From Lama guanicoe (lineage: Eukaryota), in assembly GCA_013239625.1 (NCBI GenBank), contig MU053810.1, positions 3,566,071 through 3,630,070 on the forward strand: DNA of 64,000 nucleotides, read 5' to 3'. A program made the translations under genes and the position numbers. Under the pieces are notes generated by a model. That model was not told the origin of the DNA. It ran no database searches and saw only the letters and a program-made list of their open reading frames with translations. Below are positions 60,720 to 64,000 of the stretch, in pieces (positions within the stretch are counted from its first letter, which is position 1; each line of letters begins with the position of its first letter).

Positions 60720-63700
60720 AGTTCAGTTTATACATATACACATCTTCTTTATCTTTATTCATCTGTTGATGGACATTTAGGTTGTTTCCATGTCTCGGCT
60801 ATTGTAATTAATGCTGCTATGAACGTAGTGGTGCAGATAGCTTTACAAATTAATGTTTTCATTTCCTTTCAGTATAGTCCCAGAAAAGTAATTGCTGGAT
60901 AATTTGGTAATTCTAGTTTTAATTTTTGGAGGATACTCCATACTGTTTTCCATAGTGGTTGTACCAATTTACAATCCACCAACAGTATGAAAGTGCTCCT
61001 TCACTCCACATTCAAGCCAGCATTTATCTATCTTTTTGTGATGGCCATTATAATAGGTATGAAATCATACCCCATAGTTTTAATTTACATTTTCCTAGTG
61101 ACTAGCAATATTGAGTATCTTTTCATGTACCTGTTGGTCCTTCCTACATTTTCTTCAGAGAAATACTTATTTAGGTCTTTTGCCTATTTTAATAGGGATA
61201 TTTGGGGGTTTTGTTATTAAGTTATATGAATTCTTTATATATTTTGGCTCTTAACCCCTTATCAGATATACAAATTGCAAATATTTTTCCCATTCCATAG
61301 GTTGTCTTTTCACCTTGCGGATGGTTTCCCTTTCTGTGCAGAAGCTTTTTAGTTTGGTATAGTCCCACTTATTTAATTTTGATTTTGTTGTTCACGTAAT
61401 ATACCAAAAAAATCATTACCAAGACCCATGTCATGGAGTTTTATTCCTGTTTCCTGTCTTCTTCTAGGACTTTCATGGTTTCAGGTCTTACATTTAAGCT
61501 TTAACCCGTTTTGAGTTAATTTTTGTGAGTGATATAAGATATGGGTCCAGTTTCATTCTTTCATATGTGAATATCCAGTTATCCCAGCACCATTCATTGA
61601 AGAGACTGTGCTTTCCCCACTGAGTATCCTTGTCTCTCTCATCAAATATTAGTTTATCATATACGCCTACATTTATTTCTGCACTCTCGATTCTGTTCAA
61701 TTGGGCTATTTGCCAATACTATACAGTTTTGATGACTGTAGCTTTACAATATAGCTGGATATCAGAAAATGTGATACCTCCTGCTTTGTTCTTCTTGCTT
61801 CAGATTTCTCTGGCTATTTGGGGTCTTTTGTGGTTAGATATACATTTTAGGACTATTTTTCCTACTTCTGCAAAAAATGCCATTGGAATCTTCATAAAGA
61901 TTGCACTGAATCTATAAATGGCTTTGGTAGTATTGAACATGTTACCAATATTCATTCTTCCAATCCAATAAATGGAACACAGGATACATTTCCATTTATT
62001 TATGTTTTCTTTAATTTCTTTCATCACTTTTTTTTAACATTTTTTACTGATTTATAATCATTTTGTAATGTTGTGTCAAATTCCATTGTAGAGCACAATT
62101 TTTCAGTTATACATGAACATGTATATATTCATTGTCACATTTTTTTCTCTGTGAGCTACCATAAAATCTTGTACATATTTCCCTGTGGTATACAGTATAA
62201 TCTTGTTTATCTATTCTACAATTTTGAAATCCCAGTCTATCTCTTCCTACCCCTCGCCCCCTTGGCAACCACAAGTTTATATTCTATGCCTGTGAGTCTA
62301 TTTCTGTTTTGTATTTATGCTTTGTTTGTTTGTTTTAGATTCCACATATGAGTGATCTCATATGGTATTTTTCTTTCTCTTTCTGGCTTACTTCACTTAG
62401 AATGACATTCTCCAGGAGCATCCATGTTGCTGCAAATGGCATTATGTTGTCAGTTTTTATGGCTGAATAGTATTCCATTGTATAAATATACCACTTCTTC
62501 TTTATCCAGTCATCTGTTGATGGACATTTAGGCTGTTTCCATGTCTTGGCTATTGTAAATAGTGCTGCTATGAACATCGGGGTGTAGGTGTCATCCTGAA
62601 GTAGGGTTCCTTCTGGATATAAGCCCAGGAGTGGGATTCCTGGGTCATATGGTAAGTCTATTCCTAGTCTTTTGCAAAATCTCCATAGTGTTTTCCACAG
62701 TGGCTGCACCAAACTGCATTCCCACCAGCAGTGGAGGAGGGTTCCCCTTTTCTCCACAGCCTCTCCAGCATTTGTCATTTGTTTCATCACTCGTTTTTAG
62801 TTTTCAGTATAGAGATCTTGCACTCCTTAGTTAAATTTATTCTAAGTATTTTGTTGTTTTTGATGATTTTGTAAATAAGATCAATTTGTTTACTTCTTTT
62901 ACAGAAATTTTGTTCTTAGTATATAGAAATGCTATTGATTTTTGTATGTTAATTTTGTATCCTGCAACTCTTCTGAATTCATTGATTAGGTCTAACAGAT
63001 TTTTTGAGTCTTTAGAATTTTTTATACATAAAATTATGTCATATGCAAATAGAGACAATTTTACTTCTTCCTTTCCAATTCTGATAACTTTTAGTTCTTT
63101 TTCTTACCTATTTGTTCTAGCTAGGACCTCCATACTATGTTGAATAGGAGTGATGAGAGTGGGACCCCTTGCCTTGATCTTAGAGAAAAAGCTCTCAACT
63201 TTCCACCACTGAGTATGTTAGCTGTAGACTTGTCATAATTTGCTTTTAAAATGTTCTTTCTATGCCTAATTTGTTAAGAGATTTTATAATAAATGGATGT
63301 TGAATTTTGTTAAATGCTTTCTCTCTGTCTATTAAAATGATCATATGCTTCTTTCACTGATTCTATTAATGTGATATATTGTATTGATTGATTAGTGTAT
63401 GTTGTACCATCCTTGCATCCTAAGGGTAGATCTCACTTGATCATAGTAAGTGATCTTTTAAATATGCTGCTGAATCTGGTTTGCTAGAAATGGATTGAGA
63501 GTTTTTGCACCTGTACCCAGCAGGGATATCGGCCTGTAGTTTTCTTATCTAGTAATGTCCTTTTCTGGTTTTGGTATCAGAATAATTCTGGCCTTGTAAA
63601 ATAAGTTTGCAAGTGTTTCCTCCTCTTCTATTTTTGAAAGATTTTGATAAGGATTCAGGTTAATTTTCCAAAATGTTTGGTAAAATTGACTAATGAAGCC

Positions 63701-64000
63701 ATCTGGTTCTGAGCTTTTCTTTGAGAGATTTTTGGTTACTGATCAAATCCCCTTATTGCAATTGGTCTAGTCACATTTTCTTTTTCTTTCTGATAAGGTC
63801 TTGGTAAGTTGTATGTTTCTAAAAAAATTTCCATTTTTTCTAGATTGATAGTTTATTCACAGATAACTGTTCATAGTGGCTTATTATGATCCCTTGAATT
63901 TCTGTGTTATCAGTTGTAATGTATCCCTTTACATTTATAATTTTGTTGATTTGAGTCCCTTCTGTTTTTTCCTGGGTGAATCTAGCTAAGGGTTTATCAG
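60720..64000 (-). mobile_element. Older L1 ORF2 (60720-62028 and 62792-64000), continuing past the right edge
   Basis: Antisense ORF2p peptides MSLFAYDIILCIKNSKDS (degenerate LFADD RT motif), VAGYKINIQKSIAFLY, KAIYRFSAIFMKIPMAFF, KHSLFNEWCWDNWI. Confidence 0.92.
62029..62781 (-). mobile_element. Young 5'-truncated L1 nested in the older L1
   Basis: Open ORF2p C-terminus [10 protein letters not shown]...TPMFIAALFTIAKTWKQPKCPSTDDWIKK; poly-T at ~62028-62045; TSD core TTTCATCACT at 62019-62028 and 62782-62791. Confidence 0.92.

Noticed and set aside
1..64000. CRISPR arrays or prokaryotic operons
   Set aside because: The sequence is mammalian and has no repeat-spacer structure.

Overview
Mammalian genomic DNA, probably camelid (four tRNA-Ala-derived vic-1-type SINEs). 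I found no intact protein-coding gene. The window is rich in repeats (old and young L1, L2, MIR, MLT1/LTR33/MER21-like/ERV1 LTRs, MER DNA transposons) and unusually rich in retrocopies: an IRF7 processed pseudogene running off the left edge, a U6 snRNA-L1 chimera, a near full-length KRT7 copy, an unidentified GC-rich mRNA-like fragment, a PTBP1 copy that is almost only 3'UTR, and a full-length MEPCE copy. Four of these sit inside L1 elements. The most interesting structure is a nested locus at ~47.9-53.9 kb: an old L1 hosts a young L1, which hosts the PTBP1 3'UTR copy (miR-124, miR-133 and miR-9 seed matches intact), lying head-to-head ~1 kb from the MEPCE copy, whose 5' CpG island looks undecayed and carries a consensus splice donor. 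Parent genes and repeat subfamilies were assigned from remembered sequences, not a database search. Repeat boundaries are approximate, and any function is hypothesis only.
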